The notes under the pieces were generated by a model. The model saw only the letters and a list, made by a program, of their open reading frames with translations, ran no database searches and was not told the origin of the DNA. Below, one piece after another: positions 14,055-26,867 of a stretch of 64,000 nt of DNA. This stretch comes from Balanoglossus misakiensis (taxonomy: Eukaryota > Animalia > Hemichordata). Location: the NCBI GenBank assembly GCA_040954595.2, contig CM082576.2:11597129-11661128 (forward strand), in the 5' to 3' direction. A program made the translations under genes and the position numbers. Numbering within the stretch: position 1 is the first letter of the stretch; each line of letters begins with the position of its first letter.

Positions 14055-15740
14055 GTCGTCGGCGTCGTCGTCATCATCATCATCCTCATAACAATCGTTG
14101 TTGTTGCTGTTGTTGTTGTTGTTGTTGTTGTTGAGTACTGTGTGGGATCCAAAACATCAAAAAAGGGCCACTCGAAACCTCCGGTTTCAGTTATTCCCGT
14201 GGGCTTCTATACTCTTACGGGTTGAAGTACATGCTTGCTTTACCAAAGACAATCTGTTATTCTAGAATTACTTGCGTGTTGCGGAGGTGTGGATGGATGA
14301 CTACAAGGAATACTTCTATCGAATGAAACCTGAACTGCGAGGCAAGCCGTATGGGGACGTCAGCGAACAGATCAAATTCCGCGAACAACACTGTCCGCAC
14401 GACTTTCAGTGGTTCATGGATGAAGTCGCCTACGATATTGTCGAGCGCTATCCGTTGCCGGCAGATAACGTGGCCTGGGGAGGCGTGAGTATAAAAATAA
14501 CACAATTTGTTAAGAAAATAAACTAACATATTAAAAAAAACATGTCTATGGGAGAAACAGTCACGTGATTTGGTAAGGTTCATGGAGGAAAGAAAGAGAT
14601 ACTAGTGCATGTACATGTAAACAGACAGAAAATCAGATATGGGGATTAGGTATGGGCACTTTATTCGGCATGACAGAAACCATAGATCCTTGAAACTAAC
14701 TGTAGTCCAGGACTAGTACCGTTAAATACGGTGTTCGGATTCTGCCCAACGTCTGGAAAGAATTACACGAACTTTGTTGAAGCGAGACGGAGAACGCCTG
14801 CACGTTTCACTCATGTTACGTAAATACAGACTGAAGGATTGAGAGTATGGAATTCGTTGGCGTTCATTTTTGGACTTTTCGATTAGTTCATTACACGTTT
14901 ATCAATTGTGAGCGCCATTTGGAATATGTGGAATCCTTAAAGAGTCATTTCCCAGCTCTTTTTTTCGCCCTGTCTCCAGATCGAATCGACCGGTACTCAC
15001 TACTGCCTAGACAGCATGGGCAAGGGGATCGGCGCCGAGCTCGGGATGCATCCGTGCCACGGCTACGGCGGAACGCAACTCTTCAGGCTCAACAAAGCAG
15101 GCGAATTCCGCATCAACGAAGAATGCATGTACGCCGACAACACCCGAGTCAGGCAGGAGCGGTGCGTCGCTCACAAACAGTATGCCTGGCAGTACGATGA
15201 GGTACGAAGAATTACCCCACCCCCTCCGACCAATGTGAACTTCTCTGTCGTGTGATTTTCTGATTAATAGAAAATCAGAGTGAAAGACAGCAATGACAAA
15301 ATACACCGTTAGCCAAAATTCTAGTTATATGTAGCCTATCGTCTAATGTCTGAGATACCTGAAATACGTCAATTTACGATGAGGTGTTGGTTAATGAACT
15401 GCAATTTTATTGTTATTTCGTTGTTGACATTTTGCAAGAGAGCGCTGTACGATTTTTTCAGAATTCGGCTGTGCGTCATAGCCAGACGAACAGGTAGTTG
15501 ACGATCTTGTGGCCTCTGTGTGGGAAGCGGTTGTGGTAAATGCTGATTGTGCGCAGACGGATGTCATTCTAATAACACCTCACGTAAAGCGCTGTCTCTA
15601 TTTTTCTTCTGCAGACTTCCCTTCACATAACTTTAAACAATCTTTGCCTGGATCACGATACTGAGTATCGCAGCGTCTTTCTGTCACCGTGCGAAGATGG
15701 CAAAGCAACTCAGCGCTGGACACCCTCGCCCACCAAATAG
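9328..15740 (+). CDS. GALNT7: Polypeptide N-acetylgalactosaminyltransferase, GALNT7-like, copy A (10 coding exons)
   Basis: Exons 9328-9492, 10714-11219, 12304-12470, 12666-12882, 13049-13219, 13348-13465, 13759-13884, 14266-14484, 14980-15201, 15615-15740. It has an N-terminal TM anchor, [22 protein letters not shown] (DxH), [31 protein letters not shown] and a ricin-type lectin C-terminus. Confidence 0.92.
13939..14131. repeat. Compound trinucleotide microsatellite (GGT/ACC/ATC/GTC/GTT) in GALNT copy A intron
   Basis: Directly visible runs of CAC, CAT, CGT and GTT triplets. Confidence 0.9.
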
Positions 15741-17313
15741 ACGATTCGCCGTTCAACTGAGTCTTTTTGCCCAATACCAAAAACCACGTGCAATAAAAGT
15801 GTGACCAAGGTTTTAAGTAGGTGGTGATGTAATTATAAGAGAGTTCTTGGTCTTTCAATGAAAAAAAAAACGTGCCAAATTTTATCAAATGAGCAGATTA
15901 TATTGTTAACGTGGCCTATCATACCCAACGCAAGAGACAATGCATCTAGACGCGACGAGAAAACACTCACCGTGGCGAACATTTGTCGCGTATTCTTGTC
16001 GCCCGAACATCTATTTACACGGACAAGACTTTCAACAACCACTACTTCACCTTGAAAGAAAACCTTTTTTTCCTGAAGTCATTCAGTTACCTTGGTTACG
16101 GTAGTTGGGTTGTGACTCCACGCCTTGAGGGCGCGTTGGCACCTTTTCATTCCGCGTTGAACAGAGAAAACTTTAATATTTGTTGCATTTTACAGTACGT
16201 GCTTTTATTTCAACACTTCAATTGCAAAGTAGCTCCGCGAGCTTTTAGATAGCAGGCCGCCACCGAGACACACCGACTTTCTTACGACGCTCAGTACTAG
16301 CTTATAGTTTCCTCCGCGACGCTGCATATAAGAAGAACCGGAGAAAAAAATCGTGCTGGAATGCGAAATGTTTATCGGGTACCAACCTTTCAGACTGTAC
16401 TAGTTCCCGACGTGGACATTTCAGTTACCCCAAGTACATGAACTCATTTTATCGACTGATGTTATTTCCTTAATTCGATTATTTTGATAAGTGTAGTTAC
16501 CAAATGCAAATCAAGACAGCTGACGTCACGTTATTTATGCTCAGATTTACAAGCGGGCGCGCGTGCGTTTAACTTCCCTGTTAACGTTTTAAATTGTTTT
16601 CGTACGAAAAAAATAAACGATTACTGTCTTTATTTCCAACAGTCTGTTTAGTTCATAAAAGTGGAGTGAGAGACCACGGTGCTTGTGCATTTTATTGGAA
16701 AAAGATCTTCGAGGTTGGGGAGTGCTCAGGCTAGATTTCCTCGGCAAGGCATATGGTCCCGTTGGGAATAGGATAACCGTTGTCGAAAGTGACCCTTTAG
16801 CTTCCAGGCTTCCCACAACTTGTGCGTTTCAGTCGACGGATTCTAGTATGTCTGAAAATTATCTCCATGGGTCAAGAGTCACATATGGACTGCTTTATTT
16901 GGAAGATAAATTGCGTCTGATTTTTTTTTCTGGTTGTTGTAACTTACATAAGAGAAGAGAAATTTGAATGGTAAATATTTTGACTATATGTACTTTGAAC
17001 ACAACGATAAATAACTCGAGAGATATTTCACCAAATTTGACCCCCTTTCGCAATTGCCACAATAAAGTTAACGTCTCCGACCGGAGAAATTGAACCATCC
17101 CTTAGACCAGAGCACATGTACGTCTCCAGTACACATAGTGCAAAGGCTGCAACCCAGGTCACAATGTCACGACATGCGCAGACGAACCGTGAAGCGAAAG
17201 ATGTTTTACGGCGGGCACTCTTACCCAATGTTACACACAGTATTGATCACCGTATAGAGAACCAGGGCATTTCGATTCTGCTGTCAAGAGCAGCGTGTTT
17301 TGTGGTCTGAGCG

Positions 17314-20300
17314 ATGCGACTCATCAGAACGAAGGTTTTCCCCAAATGCGTGTCCCTCACCCAGGGCGTCATAATACTCATGTGTGTTGGAACGATATCA
17401 CTATTCATACTTGTCGACAGGTTGAACGAACGGGACACCAAATGGGAGGCGGCGGCGAGGGCACGCTTGGGCCGCGTGGTAGCAAAGGTTTGTAGAGACT
17501 CGTATATTACATTCTCAAAGGTTTTCACTTTTGAGTCCTTGTTTAGTTTTATACGTTATGAAGTTTAGGAACAGCTGCTGTTGCAGGGTCACCAATGCAT
17601 TCCCGGAATGCAGCGCGTCATCATCTCGAAGTTAAATTTGAGCGCGCAGCGAGAGCCTGCTCCCGAAAGACCCATCATTTCATGTTTAATGCATTTCGTG
17701 CACCTCATGTACACCTATCGTTGCACAATAATTTCACAGAGAAAGTGTTAAGTCACTTGAAAACAGTTGAGTATTAACTAATGTTTTGGTGCAGATTTTG
17801 TAAATTCTCTTTTTTTCTGTGTAAAATTGAAAATGCCAGTGTTTGATCTCGTCTATTTTTGGAATGAAAATTACCATTCAGTGCTTCATTATAGTACAAA
17901 GAAAATGGTATTTTTGTGTTTGCATATCTATAGGTAGGCCCAATTCAGCATCACGAATGTATTATAAGATTTTCCCTGGTTAGCAAATAAATATGTTATT
18001 TTTCGTCTGCCGGTCACAGAGAACAATTATTTTCCCTGGCCCAGCGCACGAATTTCAACGATCAGTCAGCCAAGGGATTGGGCTGCAGTGAAAATTGCTT
18101 TGTTGGAGGTGATACATCTTCCGAGAGCTTTACTGGGTTTGCTTTAATTTCCGTCTGTCTGTGTTTAGATTTCGAGTTTTTACGAATTAAGACAAAAAAC
18201 ATGGCGACGAGATACCAATTGCTTATGAAGGAAAAAAACGTAACCCTACCACATCACGCGTATGGTTGACCGATTTTAATTGTATGGCATACTGAAAAAG
18301 TCGACTTTACGAGAGTTTTGTTCGTGATGACGAGACAACAGAAAAGAGGAAGGCGGTCAAGGAAGGCCGTTAAAGTCATTGATAGATGAATTTAACACCG
18401 TCTTCGACGCGGCGTATGACCGATGCGACTATAAGTGTTGTCTTTACGATTAATTCGCAGACGATGATTTTTTTAATGTCCATGTGGTAAGCCGCCAGAC
18501 TTGCACATGAAATGTGGGTTCGCGAATTCCTTTGCCCGTTCCTGGCATACTAGCAATGATATAATTGTGTGTTATCTGTACTTTGTCTGGGCATGTATAG
18601 TACTGTTGTGTCTGGTCGAAATGAACGGCACTTTACTTGTTCTCGTGAGCTTGTCTGGGTGCTGGTGTGAACAATACTAGTAGTACACCAGATTTTGGTG
18701 GTGGGTTTTTTTTTCGCGCAGCCCATGTGAAAATGTATGATTGGTTAGCTCATGGTGTACCCACAACAGATTTTTCTGTAGCATTTATGAAGCGGAAAAA
18801 AAACTATTGCACGCGAGAATGATCATGCATTATACATATGCGTGAAACATTCTTAAAATTAGGGTTATTTTTTAACATTTCCTAAAGATAACCTGTCATG
18901 GACGGGTCTATAATGGTCTTTCACTCAAGTGTAATATTTTTCAAGGAAGTTTAATCGCTTGACGAATTTGATAGTATCGTAATTTTTGTTTGTGCATTAT
19001 GTCTATTGCTAGCCTGACGAGTTTCTTAGGATGGATGAGAAGGGCGGTTCGGTCATCGGGCGGAACCACATCCACGGCGGTGTCGGAGTCGACCTGAAGA
19101 GAGGAAGACAGGGTCGTGTCGGAGGTGGCGAGGACGGTGCCAAAGGTATTGGAAATGGCGGAAATGTATTACTCATGCTAGATTCAAAGTACGATGGCGG
19201 CCCCGAACGGAAGACACACCCGGCCGTTCTGAGAGACACCCTGGGGAATTTTGAAGTGCCGGACCGACCGAGGCGTCGCGGACCGGGCGAAAATGGCGAA
19301 GCCGTGAAGCTGGACCCCTCTGAACAGGAGGCGTACAACGAAAGCATCAAAACGTACGGATTCAACGTCGTGGCTAGCGATAAGATATCGCTCGACAGGT
19401 CTGTGCCGGACATCAGACATGGCGAGTAAGTGAGCTCCTGTTCACTGGTGAATTTTCGTTGCGTGTTCTTTGCTCTTACAATTGCTCAACGATGCTGTTT
19501 CACTGTGTAAAGGAAAAAGTTCATCTTAGCTTCTGCTACGCATATTTCCCGGGTCATTCCCCCAACAACTCGTGTGCTATAGTTATGTAGCAATGATGGC
19601 GCTATTTTATACAGTGAATAATACAACAGAAAGGGATCAGAACTGCGACAAAAATACCCTGCCCAATAGTTTGATTGACGTCGGCCAAGCTATTTAACCA
19701 AATCACCAGATTTATACCTCGCCCTGACCACAAATCCATTTCAATGTTGCAGGTGCAAGTATTGGCACTATCCGGAAGACCTTCCAACGGCCAGTGTAGT
19801 CATCGTCTTCCACGATGAGGGATGGTCCACTCTGTTGCGAACAGTCCACAGCGTGTTCAACTCGTCACCTTCCCAGCTGCTGGCCGAGGTCGTCCTGGTG
19901 GATGACTTTAGTGACAAGCGTACGTGAAATTCTGTCTGTCTTCAGCATTTTCTTAATGTTTCAATGACATGTGCTTCAGAGACTAGTGGCTGGTATCTTA
20001 TTTTAGTCAGTCCTTGGTTTACAAGCATCGCGTCCATTGAATGACATTCACAGACTGTTATGGCGCGAAGACATACCATACCCTGCCCAAAAATTTCCAG
20101 ATGGGATATTGAAAACAGTTTTCTCTAAGAAATTACAAATCATGCAACTTTTATCGATATATGAATGTGACAGTCACACGGTTCTGAAAGTATGCATAAT
20201 TCCAACTACATGTACTGGTATATACCGTTTCAAAGGAAAGGCACTCAATCATATTAACTTCCGTGACGGTCCCCAATCTAGGTTAAGGACGACATTTCAT

Positions 20301-23137
20301 GGTCGGCAATGTAACTTTCTGTTTAAAAGTTGTAACTTCTCGTCGGTTGCAGAACACTTGAAGTCTCGTCTGGACGATCACATACTGGACCCCCGGTTTG
20401 ACGGCAAAATCAAAATGGTGAGGAACCAGAGGCGGGAAGGCTTGATTCGTTCCCGAATCATTGGTGCCGAGAAGTGCCTGCGAGAGGGCGTCTTGGTGTT
20501 CTTGGACGCCCACTGTGAATGCAACAGAAACTGGTTGCCACCGTTACTTAGCAGAATAGCGTTGGAGAGGTTTGACATTTCTCCGTACATATGATTTTTT
20601 TGCGTGTGTAACTAAGAAAGCAATCCCAGTTTGAAAAATTAATCGATCAAATACATGTACATAGCAAGGTGTGTGCGAATAATTTGATGCTGTCGGAGAG
20701 CTTCATATTTAACTGTGCATTTTTGGACCTTGATATTTTTCCCTTTTTTCTGAACCCAAGCGAGCGTTATTGTCGAGTAGTATTCCTCCTCGATCATCTT
20801 TTTTCCAACGGATATCTTAACAATATTCGCAGGACCAAAATTCATTTTCGTGTCTCCCTACAGAACAACCGTAGCGTGTCCCATCGTTGATTCCATAGAC
20901 GCAGACACGTTCGCCTATGGACCACAACCGGATGGTATCTGCCGCGGTGCCTTCGACTGGGAGTTGTACTACAAGCGCATACCACTCGGTGAAGTCGACA
21001 AGAAAAGGAGAAAATACGAGAGTGAACCTTATCCGTGAGCATTTCATTTTTGATTTTTTTTAAATTAACCTTCATCGTTAAGAGTCTATGTTGCATCATT
21101 TTCTTGACGATGACTATAGCCTATATGTTGTATTTCTTCCTTTTCAAACTGTGACGCGTTACAAACAAAATCGGAAAAGCGCCGAACTTCACAAGGAAAA
21201 TGCCCACTCACAGCAAAGCCTCGTGGAATATCGGTACAGAGTCCCATAACTTGATAATGCACTTCTGGTGAACGAAATACCTCCGTGGAAAAACGGCACG
21301 TCCGTCATATTAAACCCAGTAACACATTTCTTTTCTAGTGAACCGTTGCATAAACAGTATACATGTATATCGTTTTACCTGATCTTAGGTCACCGGTTAT
21401 GGCTGGCGGGCTGTTCGCAATAGATAGATCGTATTTCTTTGAACTCGGAGCGTACGACCCGGGACTCAAGATTTGGGGAGCGGAACAATACGAGCTGTCT
21501 TTCAAGATTTGGATGTGCGGCGGGAGCCTCGTGTTCGTGCCTTGCTCCCGAGTTGCTCACGTTTACAGGAAATCGATGCCGTACACTTATACCGAAGACA
21601 CAGGGGCGGTTTCAATCGTGCACCGGGTAAATGCGCATGTGTGTAGAGTGTAACTGGGCGTGACATGTGATTTGATGGATATGAGAAATCATGAATGTCC
21701 TGGACAAGGTATTATCTGTATTATTGGGTTTGACTTAAATTGACATGATTTTTGCAAATATTATTATGAATGAAGAAATTCGACTTTCGGCATATGCACA
21801 GTTAGATATTTAGTAGCTAGTATAAGACAAGTAATACAATACTATTTGGGGGCTATGTTGTCGCAATATCAGCCTAGTCATGGGATGGAGCCACTGCGTC
21901 CGACCTGTGCACGTGGTACCATAATGCCGTAGACTACAAACACCCAAAAGGCAGTGCAGTAGCTCCATAGGTCGACTTTCTCATCTCCTTCAGAATTACA
22001 TGAGGGTGGTCGAAGTGTGGATGGACGACTACAAGGCCTACTTCTATGCAAATCAGCCCGCACTGATTGGACAACCGTACGGCGACATCAGTGAACAGGT
22101 GGCTTTCCGCAAGGAACACTGCCGCAAAAGCTTCCAGTGGTATCTGGACGAAGTGGCGTACGATTTGTTGCCGAACTATCCGCTCCCGTCTCCAAATAAA
22201 TACTGGGGAGAGGTGAGCCCTTCAGATATAACTTTCAGTAGATTTCATATTGAATTGCACTTTGTTGGTGGCGTCAACTGGCCGCTATTGGTTGATGAAA
22301 AGTAAAAGTACTGTCGGTCGGAAGGAGTTTTGATATCAGTATGTCTACGGTGAATTTAACCCGAAATATTCATGTACTGTGTCTCAAGGCGAAAAATTAA
22401 CAAAATATGGTTCTGGGCTATCGCACAAAACCACTGGTATATATATGTGTCTTGTATTTTCTGGTTAGGTTTTATGGAACAGCCATCACGTGATACAATA
22501 TATTGGTTAACCCTACTTTCATTTAAATTATTGCAACATACATTTGTGTTTCCTTCGTCAACTTCATCGCTTTGATCGTAAAATCGTTGAATTTCATCGC
22601 TAGGACATTAATGCGTTCATTTACGAGTGCGTCCCTGACATTTATTTTCAGATACGCGCCCTGGATTCATCCGTCTGTCTGGATACCATGGGACGCACAG
22701 ACAACGGGCGCGTTGATGTCGGCAGTTGCCATGGCATGGGTGGCAACCAACTGTTCAGGATTAACGAGGCTGGCGAATTCAGAATATATGACATGTGTCT
22801 GTTCGCCTTCAGCAAAAGTTTGATCTTAAATAAGTGCAAGGGAATACGGCAGAATTGGGATTACAATCAGGTAAATGTTTTGTCTTCCAATATTTGCCAA
22901 TGTGTCTTTTTGGCCAATTTTGGCCAAAACCGATATTTGCTAGCCCAAGTTCCAGCTTTCAATCACTGTTCATTTGTATTTCTTCTAAAATACAACTTAC
23001 AGGAAACGAAGATGGTTGTTGAAGTTCCCCTGGATATCTGCCTGAGTTATAACAGCGAGAAACAGACTGTTTCCATGCAGAGGTGCGATGAGAGCAAAGC
23101 GTCTCAGAAGTGGGAGATAAGGAACAACTTTAATTGA
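17314..23137 (+). CDS. GALNT7: Polypeptide N-acetylgalactosaminyltransferase, GALNT7-like, copy B (9 coding exons)
   Basis: Exons 17314-17487, 19013-19425, 19753-19919, 20353-20569, 20864-21034, 21389-21626, 21994-22212, 22652-22870, 23003-23137. Internal exon sizes 167/217/171/219 nt equal those of copy A. Motifs [29 protein letters not shown] and the lectin domain are present. Confidence 0.9.
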
Positions 23138-24175
23138 GAAAAGAGAAAAAGGTGATCACTGACTCGTGCGGACGTACACAATGTGACGCATCTATGCAAA
23201 TTTAGTAACAGTTACCATGGTAAATTAAAATCTAGCCAATCACAGATTTTCAGTGGATTGCAAACGTGAAAAAAGGGTCAACGACATATCCATAGAACAC
23301 TTCATTCAGGGCACAAATTTAAAGCTACATTATGTGTGTATTATTCGACGTCGTCACGGTCAAGTAGGGGTGGGAAACGGTACGTGTTCTCAATAGTCTA
23401 TTTTTCTGGCAAGGTCAGGGTCCGAGTGTTATCCGTTGTCGTTGACCATTCTTATGATTGTATTGTTGAGACTGGGCCCGGCTTGCACGGATGACATGCA
23501 AGGTGGATCAACAACAACAGTGTAAGCGACCCTTTGTTTATTTTCCAACTTTAAAGGGCGCCGTGTCGAGGAATTTGCCAGATTTAGTGTTTTGTATGGC
23601 GCCCAGTGTAAGTTTTCTGTCGAAAGTCGAAAGTAAGCAGACTCATGCCATTGATTTAGCCGTTATATTTGAATTTGACTGGGATTTTATGACAATTTAA
23701 TTAACTGCTCACCTTCAATCGGTGTTTACATAGAGGCAAGAAGAGCTACGTGTGTTATTGTAAGAAGGAGACACTGACCATCGTTTCAGCTGGAAGGCGT
23801 ATTGACGTCACGACGATTTTCGGCCCCGTCTTCTGCCTGACACTAAAGAACCAGCCTCACAAAGACCCTTTTTATTATTTTATTATTTATGAGGATTATT
23901 CTTTAACTCGAAAAGGTGGTGTAATTGGCACCTTTTCACGCAGTCGCCATGGTCCCTGACGGTCACAATAGCGTCCATGTACCCGTTATCTGACGGGCCA
24001 ATTGTCACCATTCTTGTTTTAAATGGATCACCCTCAATGCATTGCAATATAAGTGTCCTTGCAGTGCCTCCCGACGATTGTTAAACCATAGCACAAGCAG
24101 ACTTGATGTGACGAACACTGTTTATTTCAAAAGTGGTTTCGGGTGAGGTTTAAACATTTATCCATTTAATACAAG

Positions 24176-25531
24176 ATGTCGGACGACGGTTCCGAGTACG
24201 AAACGAGAACGGAGAACGAGGGGAACTGCTGCATGGGGTGCACGGACGTGGCGAACGATCGCCGCTACGTCTCCTCGCACTGCAGCTGCCGCCGCAACTG
24301 CGCCTCGGCCGTCGTCTTCGGCGTGATCGCGTGGCTCCTGAACACGGCCACCCTGGCGGCCGACTGGTACAAGTACTACACGGTGGCGATGGCGAACGAC
24401 TACGGCGTCTTCATCTCGAAGGACAGGAGCGTCAACACGCTGATCATGGCGTTCTGCATCGCGGGAGGAGTCGTCTACGTCATCGGGCTGGTGTTGATGA
24501 TCGTACAGTGGCGGCACTGTCGCCGTCGCAGCCGAGTGCGCGATACGGACAACCTGCCGATGTCGACGAAGACCAGCGACGGCATCATCTATACCTTCAG
24601 GATCATCATGAACTTTCTGGCCATCCTGCTCGAAGACTTGCCGATGTGCATCATCTACCAAAGTTACATCATACCGTGTACTATGTACTGGACAGACTGG
24701 ATTCACCTGGGTGCCATAGCCGCCAGTCCCTTCTGCCTTCTTGTCAAAATCGTTCTCTGCCTGTTCCTTATCAGCTGCGTCTGTAGCAGCCCCGTGGAGC
24801 CCAAGAAGGAGAAGAAGAAAGAGAAGAAGCCGCCTAAAATCAGGATAGAGATGCATGAAGACGAGGAGGAAGGGTACATCAAGTACGACGAGACGGCCTT
24901 CTACAGGTGTTCCTCGGTGTCTTTAGCTTGCGTTGGCGTCTTCTACCTCTGCCTGGCCAGCGCCGTCTGTGGCGTCGGCATCATGGTGCTGAGGAACGTC
25001 ATACCGCACTACGTGACGGCAGACTGGCTCGGCGTCTCCGCCTACCCCGAGGACGACTACCGGCTCCACATCTACACCTACGCCGACTTCAACGGGTCGT
25101 ACGTGTACCCCAGCATCGACCCGCAGCCGTTCCGTGGCGACACCGAGAGCGAGCCCTCCGCCGTGCCGATCTTCAACGTCAGGAACTTCAGACCCAACAT
25201 GACGAACCTGCAGCTGACGGCGTCCGTTCCTTGCTCGGGCCTGGTCACCGTCAACGAACTCGGGGCGCAACCCTTCGCCTGCCTGCCCAGCAGTTGCTCG
25301 GTCACGGCCATCTTCGGCTATCGGAAAGACCAGCCGAATTCCATCGTTTACAACTTCGAGGAGATCAACAGCTGGCGTTGCACGTCCAGCATCCACCAGA
25401 ACTTGAGCTTCAGTCAGAAGATAAAGGACTACAGGTACATGGCCAAGAATATCATGAAAATAGACTTTTTGCAACCCCCTTGGCCAAACTGTCTAAAGCC
25501 AGTACGGGACGAAACTCTCATGATACCTTAA
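24176..25531 (+). CDS. Uncharacterised intronless multi-pass membrane protein (451 aa, about 5 TM segments plus Cys-containing C-terminal domain)
   Basis: The ORF is uninterrupted over 1356 nt, has a good start context (AAGATGT) and strongly favours C/G-ending codons. It has five hydrophobic stretches, an LLEDLP motif in TM3 and N-glycosylation sequons NGS/NMT/NLS in the C-terminal part. Confidence 0.8.
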   Translation: MSDDGSEYETRTENEGNCCMGCTDVANDRRYVSSHCSCRRNCASAVVFGVIAWLLNTATLAADWYKYYTVAMANDYGVFISKDRSVNTLIMAFCIAGGVVYVIGLVLMIVQWRHCRRRSRVRDTDNLPMSTKTSDGIIYTFRIIMNFLAILLEDLPMCIIYQSYIIPCTMYWTDWIHLGAIAASPFCLLVKIVLCLFLISCVCSSPVEPKKEKKKEKKPPKIRIEMHEDEEEGYIKYDETAFYRCSSVSLACVGVFYLCLASAVCGVGIMVLRNVIPHYVTADWLGVSAYPEDDYRLHIYTYADFNGSYVYPSIDPQPFRGDTESEPSAVPIFNVRNFRPNMTNLQLTASVPCSGLVTVNELGAQPFACLPSSCSVTAIFGYRKDQPNSIVYNFEEINSWRCTSSIHQNLSFSQKIKDYRYMAKNIMKIDFLQPPWPNCLKPVRDETLMIP

Positions 25532-26867
25532 TAAGTTTTTTACGTGCTGCGGATATTATGGGCCATTTGACTTCGTTGTAGCTTACAGCAAATGGATTAC
25601 TACCCAGCACTGCACCAGTTGTGTCGGAGCATGGCCATCTAGTCATCCAGTGTATACGACAGCCCCAGTTTTAGACAAAAAGGTAACAAACTGTGGTCCC
25701 TGGGTAACCTTGGGAAATGTCGTGACAGAGAAAGCAAATTTGTGCTTATTCAGTGAACCGAAGCTTCAAAATTACATGTACTGGAGACCATTCACAATTA
25801 TTCTTGAAGTTATTTGCTTGCAAAGCCCATGTGCCTTATTTATTAGTGTGAGTTTGTTTCAATTACTGTCAGTGAGTTCTAATCCGCCAATTTACAAGAT
25901 TTATCGCGACGCAGTGCCGTCGACTAAAACGAGCATTCATTTAAAACTGAATGCGACAGTTACTTTAAAGATCGTACAAAATGTTGTATTTACATTTTCA
26001 TATATTAGTTATTCACTTTCCGTTATATTTTTTCAAGAATGAATTGTGTGATTCGCAAGGGAAACATTCAATTTTGCCGACCAACTTCACGGTCGTAATT
26101 TTGGGTATCATTAATCCGAGTCGGGTCATTGTCCCATGACGTCAAAACTCGTGCTCTAAAAGGATTGGTAAAGTACACTCCTCTGGACTTTTCATTTCTT
26201 TAGTTCTTGGTTTCACGAGGTCATTATTGTTGTTACCAAAATAAGGGACTGTACTGTTTTGAATGTGAAGTCAGTTGCTAGGACACGCCCATCGTTCTTT
26301 ACAGGAATCCCCAATAGCGACTGTGGTCCGTCTCGTGTTGATCTTTCGTTTGATTTTTATAGATACGCTTTGGAGTTAACCTGACCAAACAAAATTATAA
26401 AACGTTCTGTGTTTAAGCCGTGTATTTTTTCGCACAGTTAACTTTGACCCTGTCGGTTAAATAAAAACAAAGTAACTTACTATTCTATAACTAGAGCCGC
26501 TATAAGCAATTGAATTATCCACTGGCATCCAAACGTTTCTTCAATACTGTCATATAATCGTAAATAAATTGATGACAAGAAAACACCGTTTTGAATTGTT
26601 TTCGTGACAATTTATTATCTGAGTAGGAATTGAATTGAAAGACAAGTTGCATTGTTTTGCTGTAGAAACTTTGTACGGAAAGTTTGTTTGTTTGTTTGCT
26701 TTCTGAATCGACGGAAAGTTGTCCAGGTCCCCTAACTAAATACTAGTACCTTTTTTAAAAGAACGCAGCAAAATTTGCATAAACTCGACAGAATTGCAAT
26801 AATCGATCACTCGGTATGTTCAACAATTATCTATCGTAAGTAATCAATGCAGACTGTCATTGGCCCT

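Noticed and set aside
15461-15492. Possible extra exon in GALNT copy A (TTTCAG|AATTCGG..AACAG|GTAGTT)
   Set aside because: At 32 nt it would shift the frame. The lectin domain is already complete without it, and copy B has no counterpart.
23550-23960. TTAAAGGG-starting segment resembling a Kolobok-type MITE end
   Set aside because: No matching right terminus was found nearby.
24176-25531. Horizontal transfer origin of the orphan, suggested by high GC and lack of introns
   Set aside because: Long exons of clearly native genes (MCM5 ~33691-34008, arginase 40947-41269, SLC46 exon 1) are similarly GC3-rich. The protein also has eukaryote-like glycosylation sequons.
24158-25581. Long overlapping and antisense ORFs (232, 182, 224, 183 aa) over the orphan gene
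   Set aside because: These are shadow frames produced by the GC3-rich codon usage of the 451-aa ORF. They are Arg/Pro/Gly-biased and carry no recognisable motifs.
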